NCBI GenBank assembly: GCA_951406725.2
Contig: OX597814.1
Coordinates: forward strand, 121,582,001-121,646,000
Reading direction: 5' to 3'
Source: Octopus vulgaris
Lineage: Eukaryota
DNA length: 64,000 bases
The first letter of the stretch is position 1. Every line of letters starts with the position of its first letter. The notes below the pieces were generated by a model. The model had not been told where the DNA came from and did not search any database. It was given only the letters and a program-made list of their open reading frames with translations. A program made the translations under genes and the position numbers. Of the stretch, positions 12,868 to 27,961 are shown in pieces.

Positions 12868-13385
12868 ATTAAATTTTAAATAAACAGAAGCCGGTAAAAT
12901 ATATGTCCCTGGTTTTTGGTTATCTAGAGAGTGACTAATGACAGTTGATGAGAATAGCCATATTGTATAAACATTCTTAAATGTTTGGAAAAGAGGCAAG
13001 AATACACGAAACACTTGTATTGTGAAGAACCTTTTTTATTATTTCAGGAAAACGTGAATACAAATTGATATGATTTCAATTGGATTTGATGTATATAGAT
13101 GTATATATGTATATGCATTGATATAAATGTAAGTATGTATATATGTAAGTATATAGATATAGCTGTATAAGTGTATACATATATGTATACCTTAAAACTA
13201 CGATTATATATTATACCCCTACATACATTTATATAAGTATGTGTGTAATCATACATGTATATATCTTTGCATATTTGTATAATTATATAGATGTAACGGG
13301 TGTATATTTATATACATTTATATATATATATGTGATATATATATATATATACATATATATAAATATATGTCTATATGTATATATA

Positions 13386-13435
<50 letters not shown>

Positions 13436-13444
13436 CATATATAT

Positions 13445-13516
<72 letters not shown>

Positions 13517-13679
13517 CAGGATGTATTAACTTGGTGGGAATTGTGTCACAAACGTTGGTAAACTGGATAATTACCCTATGTCTAATTTCAGACTCATTTT
13601 AAAAGAGTTTGACGGCGACTGCATGAACATTTTAAACATGAGGAAATAATCATATTTACCAACAGGGAATTAGATGTAT

Positions 13680-13711
<32 letters not shown>

Positions 13712-14460
13712 GCTTATATATATTTACATGTATGTATGTATATATATATAAATATATTAATGTATATGACGTTTTATTTTTCAGATTTTGAAAGTAAACT
13801 GTTACAGTATTGATATCGAAGTTTTTTTATTTGTTTCTTTTTTATGTTAGGAAAATTATCAACCATATTCACAGTTCTATTCTTATTCAATAATACCATA
13901 TTAAAAGTTTTCTATTTATTCTGTATTATTTCACATCTATAAATTGGGGAGTGGAGCAACTCACTCCACACAAAATAAATCAGTGCTATCATTCTGATGG
14001 CTCTATACAACAGTACAAAACATTGCATGTATTTAATACCTCAACATATTCAACCCCGTGTACATTCTAGGTGTTATTACGTATATGTGATGAAATTTGA
14101 ATTTACTAAAGATCTTTCATAGAGTTGTTTATATGTGTCTTTCGAAAACTGTATCAAAACTGTAATTACTTATGTATGATTATATTCAAAAGACGACAGA
14201 TTTAGAGAAGGAGCAACACACAGAAAATGACAGAGAAATAGAGAGAACATTACAGAAAAAGTGGAGTGAAGGAGGCCAGTCCTGTTGTGTATATTTAGTA
14301 GGATAGTCTAATATTTAACAGATTAAATTTTCATATTCTATAGCGAAGTGAAAAATCACATTTAGACACATGGTTCAGCAATGGGATATATGAATATGCA
14401 TATATATATATATATATATATACATACATATATATATATACACATACATATATATATATG

Positions 14461-14517
<57 letters not shown>

Positions 14518-17500
14518 GCATATTTATATACATCCATACATATATATTTATATATATATACACCAGCTTGAAAACGGAACATAATATATTAAGGAACATG
14601 ATGTTTTTAAAAATCGAAAAATATATCATTTTCAAAAATTGAGAATGACTACACGTTACGTTTTCTATATGATTGCTTATTGAATTATGTGTTGAAATAT
14701 ATGCTTATTTTGCTCATGTCTCTATTTTCACGGGATTATTTGATTAACAGATGGATACGAACGTTCATTTAATATATGCATACATATATGAATAAGTGCG
14801 TGATTTTATGAATGTGTGCCTCTGTGTGTGTGTGAATATATGTGTGTGCGTATGTGTGTGTGCACGTGTGTGTGTGTTTTGGATACAAAACTATTTTTTT
14901 GTTTTCTAACACTGAGATTATTGTAGCTTGCAAATATACCGCAAGTGGAGCTAGATTTTAGATTTCGTGTGGCATTATTGTTAAGGCTGATGTTATTCAA
15001 GTGTTCCAACAAGATCCCTACTGCAATTATTGCATCTTAAGTGATTGCTCTTAGATGATCGTAGTCTGCATATCCCTATTTTCTTTGCATCCTCATCTTG
15101 CAAATACTATTCATGTATTTAACACATTTTTTATAACTTTAAGAACTATTGAAGTATATATAAATCTAAACGAATTACAAATTACTGACCGCATCGGTTA
15201 TTTTTCTACCATTACTCTAAATCTTTGGAGTCTGCCTATAAGTCACATAGAGCTCAATATCTGATACTGTATGTCGGTACCATTTGTCACCTTGTAATTA
15301 TTATATTGAATTCATTTAACTACCAACGATTGATCAGTGTCCTATATAGCCGAATAGTTTCCTTCTCTCATAAACTTAACGCCTCTCAAATGGGAATGAT
15401 CACAAGCACCAAGCGATACATATAATTAAATGTGCTCTATGATATACATATATATATATACATATATACATACATACCTATATATATATATATATATATA
15501 TTAAATATATTCAATAAAATATTTGCGATGATAATATTAATTTAAGCAAATTAAATTCATGGTGAATAATCTTAATACGCACAAATGACTCCGAACACAA
15601 GATCGCATGGAAAATACCGACGTGTTCAGAATGTAAGATTCTCTGGTTGAAAAGTGATTATGTTTGATCTTGCAATATTTAACATGTCTATAAATCGCAT
15701 ATATATTACTATAGTAGATTAGTTAATGGTATTTCAATGCAATATTGTTGAGTATAAGAGTAAGGAAGAATATAAAGTGAGACTTCTCCTGAAACAGCTT
15801 ATTCAAAGGAACTGCAATGAACCATTAAGAATGAATAAATTTAATCTAACATTGCCAAACACCTATATCATTATCACAACATGTCTATATCAATAAATAA
15901 GCATATGGTGTACGCTCGTGTGTGTATAGTTACCACCATGAATATTTTGGTTATTGATACTTGTTTTTCCAGAAGTATATTCTTCTGCGGTATGTTGACA
16001 TATATATATATGAAATATATAACAATATGTTATCTAAGGGAATGTGTGTCGTCTAACAGTATATCGGTTATTTCGTAAGTAACATTAAACTAATAATATT
16101 AATTATGATATCTAATCATATTTTTAGTTATAGTGTATAAAACCGGAGGCAAAATGCAACATCTATATTTACAAAACGTTCTGTTGTTTTTTACTGCTGA
16201 TTACCTATAAAAACATTGTTATCGGAGTCTTGTTATAAGGAATACCTTGTAATTTCCATGGCAGGTTCTCCTGCAAACGCATATCATATTAACAAATGTT
16301 GTTCAGTTACTTCTGTGTGCATAACTATAGAACTGAACTAACAATGACACACTCTTTCAAGCAGCAAATACTATGCAAATAAATCTTCAACCGTTGCTGA
16401 AGCTACGTTGAAATTAAGCTTTGCAGAAAGGAGTATGAAGATGAATCGTTACAAAATGATTTTGCAACGAATTTAAACTAAGAAGCGGTAATGCTCATAT
16501 TTAAAGTCTAAACAGAATATTCACTTTGTATATTGTTCAAAAGTTCTATCAATTATATATTCACATACATACGCATACACACATATCTGTGTGTGTGAGT
16601 GAGTATGCATGTATATATGTGTTTGTACATGTATATGTGGGGAGTTGATGATATAAAAGGATAGAGTGTGAAGAGTGTGAGAGAATGCGTTACGTAGCTG
16701 AATCAATCACATAAAACTATACTGCAGTTAAAATACGTGAAAATTTAAACGTTTACAAACCACCTCAACCGATCTGTTGTTTGCGTTCTCACCGTGTTTA
16801 TATATCCTTAACTAACAGAATTAGCAATGATATTAAGATAGACGTACACCAACGAAATGTATAGAATATTTTACAGTTTTTACTATGCACACATAGAACG
16901 AAGAGAACTCAGTTGTAGAGTGTACACTATCGTTCAATACTGTTAATTTGGACTACTGGAAACTGGACACTATTCGCCTTATACTTAAATACATAAACGC
17001 ATCTATGTCGTGTGTTTTTTGAGTTGAAAACACAGTATCTATTAGATGTTTTATATATTTTAACGCTTCGCAGTGTTCCGTTTTTTATGCCTGTTTAAAT
17101 TTTCTTTCTTCATGTGTGTGTGTATGTGTGTGTGTTTACATATATCCAACTACATATACGCTATATACATAATGATATGTATTTATTCATTTCATTTCAT
17201 TCTTAACAATATATATTGGCCATTAATGACATCAACAATATTTACATAAAAGCAGTAAAAATATATAAGTATAAAAACATGTTCCGAGTGCAAAATTAAG
17301 ATGGATATGCTCTTGTATTTTTCTGCTTTCTGTTGTTATCTTTTTTTCGCCAATTTAGAATGACATAGGAAAACATATATAATATAACAACATGGCAATT
17401 TCAAATTATCATATACATATTTAGGACAGAAGAGGAAAATGGATGGATATCGAAAATAACTTAACTGAGAACAAACTGAGAAATGCTTAGAATCAAAATC

Positions 17501-17797
17501 GAACATTATGGCTTCTAGAGAAGGTGTGGTGCACACACGCTATATATTTTTACTGAAAAATTAATTTTGACGTTTATGGAAATTAAACGATTCCTATTAA
17601 AGTTAGATACCATAATTACGCATACATGAAGAATTCAGCTTCTATGTGTATGAATAGATTCAATAATGCAAATTTGTTTAATGTGTTAAAATGGTATAAG
17701 TATCTCGAGTAGCTATTTATGGTATGAAATTCATAAATTCATATCCAATGAAACAGATATATATGTGTGTGTGTATGTGTGTGTTTCATTGAATATG

Positions 17798-17863
<66 letters not shown>

Positions 17864-18074
17864 GCACACAAACAGACACACACACACATTAGCAAAATAA
17901 TAACAAGTAAATAAATCTAATAGCATTTCAACAAACAATCTAAGCAAGGAAGAAGTCTACTTGTTCAATTAACACGACGTAACCATTAGCATTGTTATAA
18001 TTTAATCATATGCAGCAAAAGAATATACGTCTTATATATATATATATATATATATAAATCACTATTATTATTAC

Positions 18075-18140
<66 letters not shown>

Positions 18141-18323
18141 CATGATATATTATACTACATTATATGATATTATATATACTGCATATACAGCGTATATATA
18201 CAGCTGTTTCGATAAATGAATGTATACATATAAATTATATTAATATTTCTCTATTTGCAATATGGATATCCTAAAATACTAGGCAACAGTAATTGTATAT
18301 CAAAATGTACAGCGTCTGTTGAG

Positions 18324-18525
18324 TCAGCTTTCATAATTGTTACTGTCATGGAAGCTGTGTTGCTGGCGAAGGTTTAGTGTTCGTTTGATAGTCTGGCGAA
18401 GGTGTAGTGTACGTTTGATAGTGTGGTAGCTTGGTGGTTTTAATGGTAGTGGATTTTCAGACTTCTGCGAGTAGACAAAATTTGAATGGTCCTCAAAGAT
18501 TTCCATCGAAACCAACATCACTTTC
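18324..18525 (-). CDS. Probable terminal coding exon of the glutamate receptor, readable in two frames
   Basis: Non-repetitive island of higher GC. It has a TACTAAT branch-like motif near 18563 and acceptor tatttattgaag|G at 18526. Phase 0 gives ESDVGFDGNL* (stop 18493-18495). Phase 2 gives KVMLVSMEIFEDHSNFVYSQKSENPLPLKPPSYHTIKRTLHLRQTIKRTLNLRQQHSFHDSNNYES*. Same strand as, and downstream of, the M4 exon. Confidence 0.55.
18363..18422. repeat. 30-nt tandem duplication (28/30 identical) inside the candidate terminal exon
   Basis: ctggcgaaggtttagtgttcgtttgatagt / ctggcgaaggtgtagtgtacgtttgatagt. Confidence 0.95.
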
Positions 18526-18706
18526 CTTCAATAAATATGCAAGTGCACATATCTTTAGGATATTAGTACATTTAAGTTCTTCCTTGCATTCAAAGTTTGT
18601 ATAATAATAATGTAACAAGTATTTTTTGGTAAGTCAAGTTCATTGTTTTATGGGTACAAGACTAAGGTCGTGTGCATGCACGTAGTTCTATATGTTTATA
18701 AGCATA

Positions 18707-19140
18707 TTCTTTTCTACTCTAGGCACAAAGCCCGAAATTTTTGGGGAAAGGGCCAGTCAATTAGATCGGCCCCAGTACGCAACTGGTACTTAATTTATCG
18801 ACCCCGAAAGGATATCAGGCAAAGTCGACCTCGGTGGAATTTGAACTCAGAACACAAAGACAGACGAAATACCACTAAGCATTTCGCCCGGCGTACTAAC
18901 GTTTCTTATTTCTTTACTGCCCACGAAGGGGCTACACACAGAGGGGACAAACAAAGACAGACAAACGGATTAAGTCGATTACATCGACCCCAGTGTGTAA
19001 CTGGCACTTAATTTATCCACCCCGAAAAGATGAAAGACAAAGTCGGCCTCGGCGGAATTTGAACTCAGAACGTATCGTCGGGTGAACTATCACAAAGCAT
19101 TTCACCCGGCGTGCTAACGTTTCTGCCAGCTCGCCGCCTT
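18707..19140 (-). mobile_element. Dimeric tRNA-derived SINE (two Nin-domain monomers with different tails)
   Basis: Two copies of the core gtcgactttgcc..atcctttcggggtcgataaattaagtaccagt and of the B-box gagttcaaattcc. The head ggcggcgagctggcagaaacgttagc lies at the 19140 end. Imperfect 17-nt TSD at 18694-18710 and 19141-19157. Confidence 0.9.
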
Positions 19141-20151
19141 GTTTATAAACTTATTCTAACGTAATGGATATGCATGTATATGTTTGTTTATATGCACGTG
19201 CGAAATATGTTTGAAACAGAGTAATCTTTACAGAAGTGTAATATATGTGTATGTGAGGACACGTGTGCTTTTATTTTCTTTCTGAGTGTACCTAAGTGAA
19301 TACCATCTTGGATAAATAGCGTCTTACATGTAAATATATATATATTTTTAATATTTGTGTGCATCCGTGTTTGAATCTCTTTCTGCGAACGGTTATGAGT
19401 GTAGGATTCAATATATTCAATAGTATAACAAAAAAGTTTTTAGAAATATTATTTTAATTAAATTGCAATTCAATTCCGCTAAAACGTATTAATACGATTG
19501 TATACAACCAAACTACATAAGAAAAACACGTACTAAACTAATATATCAGCTGTCATATTACGTTCCGTCTTTCAAACGACATCTCTACAAGAAACCTATG
19601 CAAATATATCCTATGCAGAAAACAAACAAGAGAAGTCTTTGAAAAATATGTGATTTGAAATTTGTTATTATAAAGTATATACATATAAAACGACTACGAA
19701 GATTAATAGAAACAAAATAAAATAAAATATCAATCAAATCAGACGAAAGGATTGAAATCGTGATGAATTATTTCCCTTAAGAATCTGACAATGTGAGTCA
19801 ATAATTAAGCGTATTTAAAATATAAGCATAATAAATGTCTGAAAATTAAAAAGGAATCTTTTCTCTAATAATTTTATTGACATAAAAATTTCCCTCAAAT
19901 ATAGGGAGTGTATAATCCCTTCAAAAGTCTGATAGGGTTTTGTAATCTTATAATCATATATTTTGTAAAGATATAATTTAAAAATACTATTTGGCATTAC
20001 GTTTATAAGATATTCTCAACAAATATTCAATTATTAAATCTGCAGTCATATGAATATCTTCAAGGACATATATATATATATGCGAATTCTGCGTAAATTA
20101 GGAAACGGTAGCGACTGAAACCTTGTACGGATTATAAACGTTTACATTACG

Positions 20152-20321
20152 TTCTTTTCTATTCTAGAAAAAGGGCCCGAAATGTTTGGGTGGGGGAAGG
20201 GGCCAGTCAATTAGATCTACGCGAGTACGCAAATGGTACTTGATTTATCGACCCCGAAAGGATGAAAGGCAAAGTCGACCTTGGCGGAATTTGAATTCAG
20301 AACGTCTAGACAGACGAAATA
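20152..20321 (-). mobile_element. 5'-truncated tRNA-derived SINE (Nin-domain type)
   Basis: ttcttttctattctag...atcgaccccgaaaggatgaaaggcaaagtcgaccttggcggaatttgaattcagaacg, nearly identical to 26951-27166. Confidence 0.88.
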
Positions 20322-20365
20322 CTAGCGTTTATGTGGTCTAATATAAGACCACAGAAACCCCTAGT
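20321..20365. repeat. ~19-bp stem hairpin, probable centre of a foldback element
   Basis: actagcgtttatgtggtct-aatata-agaccacagaaacccctagt. Confidence 0.8.
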
Positions 20366-21434
20366 TGGCAATTCTTTTTTTCCGTTACGAGGCTTTATAT
20401 TTCCTAATATTGGATTATTATCTACGGGTAACATACGGTTAAGGCTGAGAATTCTATTTAATGTGAATGTGTGTATTTGCTTGTGCGTTAGTGTGGTATG
20501 TACGTAAGTATGTACGTACGTACGTCGTATGTACGTACGTATGTAAGTATGTATGTGTGCATGTATTTATGTAAGCATGCAGGTATTTATGTATGTATAT
20601 ATGTTTGTGTATATGTAGACGGGTATGCATACATACACACATGTATTCTTATGTATATTACATATATGAGTGTGAAGTGTGTGTGACTGGGGTGAATATT
20701 TGTTCAAAACGAATCCATTCTTCTGTGTGCAGAAAAATAGTTATCACTGCTTAGTAGTTATTGCTGTAAAAGAGTCTACATTATATGATGAATAAATTAT
20801 GTCCATTTTCAAGTAAGAGTGATATATTAGAAGTCAGACGGAAGATGTACATGTAGAAAGCAAGCCTCTAGAAATGGGTGGGGTGGTATCCAATAGGATG
20901 GTATTAACCTTATTTCATATGAAATGAACGTGATATTAGGTCTTTATATTACAAGTTGTTCCGTAATTATACTTTTTCACAACGTTCAGTAATTACAAAA
21001 ATTCAAAATATATTTGCTGAATTAATGAAGATTTATGTAATATTGCTTTAATTAACACAATATATGGTCGCAGAATAATACAAATGTTGAGTATGCACGA
21101 CAAAGTATAACATTGCAATAGAATCCAATTTAGCTTCTAGTGGGACATTTACATTACCGTTCTGCAAATTCGCAACGGTAATAATTTTCACTGAAAGTTT
21201 CCAAGTGTTTCGAATTTAGTTGCTTACGAACTACTTGGTGTTGTTGTTGATGCGTATAAAACTGTACTCATAATATATACTCACTGTAGCAACAACACTT
21301 GATAAATTTTGATTAGCTCATTAGGGTCATACTCTGAAATTGTTTTGTCCTATTTGATTTTTGGTTTGTTTGTTTTTTGCGAAGTCCTTGCTACTATACG
21401 GTTTATAATTACATATATATGTATATGTATGTAC

Positions 21435-21538
<104 letters not shown>

Positions 21539-22496
21539 GTATATATATATATATGTGCATGTGTGTGTATGTATATATATTTATGTCTATACGTATATAT
21601 ATATTACATATATATACATTATATATATTCATATACTTATGCATGTTTGCATATATAACTTCGTCTTCATAAAATCTAGTGTTACAATTCATTATTACTT
21701 ACTTTACCGTCTATGAGTGATACATATATCCTATTTCAATTACCTCTCCTTTACACTCTTTTTCTTCTCGTTATTTATATATATGAATAACTCCTAGCGA
21801 CCGTATCAAGGTTGATTTATTCACCTCATATTCAAAATTTAATAATACATACATATGTATCTATGTATGTAGGTACGTATGTATGTATGTATGTATATAT
21901 GTGTGTATGCATGTGTGTGTATGAAGGTGAATGTTTATCTATGCATAAAGAAAGGCAATTCTTGTGTGTGATGTTCTTTCCTTTTTTTGTACGTTAATGT
22001 CCGAAAGATTATTCTGAGCGAACCCTCAGGCGTAATATTGCTAGAAAAACTTATTCGCATTTCAGCTCCCTTCGAAGCGTGCGATCAATATAATCCATTA
22101 TTTATATTACTGATTAAAACCACCAAAGATATGTCAGTCACAACAACAGAAGCTGGAATATCATAACATGGAGCATGAAAATCACTTGATATACTATTCG
22201 ATTGAAATTATTTTACGCAATAATATGAAGCTTATAGTATATTGAACCAAAGAAACGACCACAAAAAAATCACACACACACACATCAGCTAATACGCACA
22301 CATTGCATATCAAGCGAAAAATGCACATGCACACACTTCTACAAATGAAACATACATTTTGACGCAACATCAGACTGATGTAGTATCAAAGAACAAGAAT
22401 TGAATTAGCTATAGCAATAATATTAGATATTGTAATCCACACGTGTCCGTGTATGTATGAGCATATACATACATACACACATGCATACACATATAC

Positions 22497-22565
<69 letters not shown>

Positions 22566-24711
22566 CGAGTATACATGCATAAGCCAATTATTAACCAACG
22601 GCATGTAGAGCAGTTATTGTATCAGCTGAAACAACAACAGTAAGATCAATTACAAATAAGCTGGAACAGTGAAATAAGATTTCTATCACTACAAATATAG
22701 AACAGGGACGTCATAAAAAAAGTAATAGCCAACAACATCTATATAAATAACTATAGGAATTTCCATATAAATACCTATGCCAATATACTCTCATTTATCG
22801 TTACAATATATATCATACGAAATAACGTAATGATTTTTATTGATACTGTCCACTACACCAACTATTTTCCCATCTATATATTTTTGCGCTAAAGGTAATT
22901 GTTTTCTTGTAATATGTTAATTTTACCATCATTCTACTTACTTATTCTACTGTAGGACTTCAGGTTTATGAAATAAGATATTTTATAACAATCCTAATAT
23001 ATATTATTTAACGTAGATGTCTAGTTAGAACATCGTAATACAACGGTATTCGTCTGAGAAAGAATATGCTATAGAGGTTTAGTACATAAAAGCACAGAAA
23101 TATCAACAGCAGACTATATTTGTAGCATTACATTAACGTGAGTAGGTAGGTAGCTATGAGGTGAAGAGGGTTTTTTAAATAAATATTAACTATTCTTCAT
23201 GGTTTGACTTGCGAAACATGCTCTACAGTACTTCGATTTTTAATTAAGGCCGGCAGCTAACTACTGCGTGGAATATCTTATTATAAAAGCGTCTTTTAAG
23301 AATTGTTTGAGTAGTCTCCACTGCAAAATTAGTGATTGCGATTCGAATTTGATAGTATGAAGCCTCGAAATTTGTATTTATTTGGATAAACAAATGCTAT
23401 TCAAAATTTATAGCTAGAGAGTATACACTTTACTATATGCTCTAAGCTCTTGATCCAAAGAGATTTTTACTTTTCGTGGTGGTATTACATTTTCACTTTT
23501 ATAAAGAAAACGTAGCCAGTATTTGACATATATTCAAAATATTTTTAGAATCTTATTGAATGAGTCAGTATTTTACCAAAGATGCTTTAGGGTTAAGTTA
23601 GAGTTTTCCCGTCTCATATGCAGTGCTCTGACCTCAATTCCACCACGTACCCAATTATAATCTCAGCATTCAAATATATTCAGATTCAATTATTATTTGA
23701 TACTAATGATATGGGTACATGATTTCTTAATAGATTCTATTTCCTATTACTTATATTCATGTCGTACTTTGTGAAAATTGTTATACTTTTCGCTGTAAAC
23801 AGTAAACAGATTGCAATGCCTGGGATACATAGTACGTTTATATAGATATAAACTTAATTAAAAAGTTTCAGCTATATGGTATTTTTAGAAGATTTTTATT
23901 TACATTTTGTGCCTTACAAATTCCGAAGACAACTAAAATTATATCAAGCTGCAGCCAACTGGCTACAACAAGCAAAAGAAAATAATAACATAATAAATGG
24001 CATGATTCTGAACTCCAAAACCTATTTCCAACAGTTATATTAACAATAATCATAAATGGAATTATAGTGAAAACAGTATTACTATTTATGATAATGATTG
24101 GTTTGGTGGAGAAATAGATATGCTTATATATCGCTTAAAACATGGCCTGGTTTAATTTCTCAACATCATGAAGTTCTTTGGAAACCAAAGCTCTCTATAA
24201 TTTTTGTATTTTTTAAAAAGTAAATTCTGAAATGATTTAATATTTTCAGATCCATTTTTAATATTATCATATGTAATTCCTGCATCCATAAAACAACTTT
24301 CAGATTGTAAGAAAAGAAGAATTAAGTTACACCTTATTCTCAGTCGTATGTCCAAATAATTAGTTTTTGAAGCATATTACTAGTGTGGTACATACTTTTA
24401 TTTTTTCAATCCATCCATTTTTTTTAAATAATTTACTACGAAAAGTTAAATAAATGAAATTTCTCGCAGAAAACGCTATAATTTAGTATAAAAGTTTGAT
24501 TTAAAATTACAGTGAACGCAATAGTTATTACGTATAAAATACAAACTAGCCGGAAAGTAATAAATATTGCACTCGCAAATATGTATTTAAAAGCAAACAA
24601 CTGTGCATAAATGCATATCTATAAACGTCCTCTACAAACATATCATAATTAGAGATTTGGTATGTCTAACATCATACATATCATAATCAGACACATGTGT
24701 ATGAATATATA

Positions 24712-24780
<69 letters not shown>

Positions 24781-25245
24781 GAAGACAGACAGACAGATAG
24801 TGAGAGAGAAGAATGGAGATAGAGAGATTATATACACTTTTATATATGTGTGTGTATAGGTGTGTGAGTGTGTGTGAAATAACAAATATTTTAGTCTAAT
24901 TTTCGAGACTGTGAGCCTCCCAGACGTCCCTCTGAGGGCACTTTCTAAAATGTGCAACACATCTGAAGTTTTAGGAGATTTGCCAGCTACAGACATAAAA
25001 TATATATATTCAAAAAATGCATTGTGCACATTCTCCCATGCTTGTAAATACAAACATGCTTAACAAAATTACATATAGGCCTATATACGTATACTTATAC
25101 GTATACATCTTGTACATATATACACTCATATTTATGTGTGTTTGTTTGTATATTCTCCCATGTCAATAAAACATCATCTGCTATACTTAGCTTACCTATA
25201 CAAGTACATACGTATGGTGTATGTGCAACTATTAAACTATGACTC

Positions 25246-25284
<39 letters not shown>

Positions 25285-26326
25285 GGAAGAATCTATCTGA
25301 GAATATCTTTACAAAAATACATACTTACATATATAGAGATATTAGTGTGTGTGCATGCATATACGTATGCACATGTTTATAAATGTACGTTTTCACTTAT
25401 TTACACACACACACACACACACATATATGTATATATATGAATATTTCTTTATATATATGTATATATATGTATGCATGCATATGCATATTTATCTACATAT
25501 ATATATATGTGTGTGTATGTGTGTATGTATATATATATATAGATGTATATTATATATATTTATATGGGTGTGTCTGTGTGAGAACATGCGTATATGTACG
25601 TTTCACGAAGTTTTTGAGGGTTCTTATACTGTTGTGTATTGTATTGATGCAATTTCCATTAATACCTTTTTTTAGAAAATGCGTTAATTATACATAGGTT
25701 AGAGGAAAATAGGTATGCTTTTGTTTGCATATGTAAAATAGGAGATATGTTTTGATATAAAATAGATATAATAACATTTATAGAGATTAAAATGTAACTG
25801 TTTATAAATAAGGTCCAGTGACGATATATAATTGCGTGCGTGATTAAAGTTACAGATAACATTGTTTTGTCTTCAAAAACGTTTGTAATCTCCTTTTCAT
25901 TTGTGTCCAAATACAAGAAATCAAATATGGATATTTGCACCAAACCAGAAAAAAAAAACATTTCACCGATAATTGATTGTTTGTCTTCACAAGTATGTGG
26001 GGGAATTTGTCTCGTAAAGTTTGACTCACGATTCAAAATTAGCACACAAAATATTTTTCACAACTAATCGCATCATATAAAACAAAAAATCTTGTATTAT
26101 AGCCATGTTGGTCAAAATTGACCAATGTCAATGTCACAATGTATACATACCTATATACATACATATACATATATACATTAATATATACATACGTATATAT
26201 ATATGTAATATGAGATCAGTTTCTTTTGTGTATGTGAGCATTATAAATGTATGTATATATATATTTACACAAACATACATGTAGACAAGTATATATATAT
26301 ATGCATATATATGCACATACATATGC

Positions 26327-26371
<45 letters not shown>

Positions 26372-26950
26372 TGTGTGTGAGTGTGTATGTATATATGTAT
26401 GTAACTAATACATAAGTTTGTAAATATATTATGTCATATTTTACGTTCAAACTGGAAGACAAACCAGATTATTGACTGTTGTCACAGCCCAGATTTTCTT
26501 TTTATTATGTAGTGCAATGTCAAAATACATTGGATCATGACTTATGTAATCTTTTCATTTGTTGTGTAGGGAACAACAACAGCTAACCATTAATAATATT
26601 TAGCAGGGAGGGGAAATTACGCAATGACTCGCGCATGATATAGCACAATATTTTGATTATATTTTATTCAAAATCTAAATTGCCTACCTGGTATGAAGAC
26701 AATTGGCGCCAAGCCATTTCGAGTTAATAGACGTGATTTGAAATAAGTTATGTGGAGAAATAACAATTTCTATAGAGATCTTGTCACATTTTCAGTCACT
26801 TTTTGCGTTTTTTTCTTCTGGGGAAAGAATACGTATGGATTTATATATATATATATTTATGCGTCTCTGATTGTGAGTGTGTGTGTGAGTAGGCAAGTAG
26901 TTAGGTAGGTATATGTATATGTTGTTATATATATATATATATATATACCT

Positions 26951-27166
26951 ATTCTTTTCTACACTAGGCACAAGGCTCGAAATTTTGGGGGAGGGTGCAG
27001 TCAATTAGATCGACCCCAGTACGCAACTGGTACTTAATTTATCGTTCCCCAAAGGATGAAAGGCAAAGTCGACATCGGTGGAATTTGAACTCTCAACGTA
27101 AAGACAGACGAAATACCGCCAAGCATTTCGCCCGGTGTGGTAACGTTTCTGCCAGCTCGCCGCCTT
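26951..27166 (-). mobile_element. Full-length tRNA-derived SINE (Nin-domain type)
   Basis: Head ggcggcgagctggcagaaacgtt, B-box gagttcaaattcc, Nin-like core and A-rich tail. Flanked by tatatatac(c/a)tatt, a possible TSD. Confidence 0.9.
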
Positions 27167-27913
27167 TGTATATATACATATTATGAACATATTAATGACT
27201 CGGATTCTAACAATCCTAGTGATTATAAGTGCATCATAACCGGTGAACTCAACGTAAGATATGCATTTTCATGTCTCTTTTATATATTTCTCAGAGTGAA
27301 GAACGAAATTTCCTTGGTATAATATAGTTAAATGCAATTAATAATGCAAATATTTAGAACCCACAATTACTTTTCAAGTCTTTCGTAGGCATGGATATGT
27401 TTCGTTTCCGTGTTTCCTTTATCAGTTAGATTCACCAGACTTTGTTTTTAGTTTGATAAAAATTAGGTTGGTTTTCTCCTATAAATCTATTCGGAAATGT
27501 TTATTGTTTGAAAGGGATCAATATTACCCATCAGAAATATTTCACAGGACGTAGCAGAGAAGACATTTTTTATGTGTTTAATTTTATAAAAAAAAAATAC
27601 ACTTTTGAAGTTAGATATGAGAATCTGATAAAGATTGATCGCCATAAAATTATTAGCAATAGTATTTTCTAAAGATAAACGTTCTTGTATTTTATTTTTT
27701 AAATTATTTTCCAGCATTTAAGTATTATATATTCTTATTCCTATTGTCTCTTTTATTAATTTGTCGCATTCACTAAGCTAATAAACTAAAATCATGAAAT
27801 AATGTAAAATGTTTATATTAAATTAATAGTTTATATTCCAAAGTCTGATTATACGAGATTCTATGTTTCATAGAAATTGGTGGTCGCATAATACAATATA
27901 CACAGACAATATA

Positions 27914-27961
<48 letters not shown>

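Noticed and set aside
26688-26769. Minus-strand open 82-nt segment ending CAG|GTAGGC
   Set aside because: Poor polypyrimidine tract, and its phase-1 exit gives an almost immediate stop in the 18525 exon.
26951-27166. tRNA-like A/B boxes in SINE heads
   Set aside because: No cloverleaf; they belong to dispersed SINEs, not tRNA genes.
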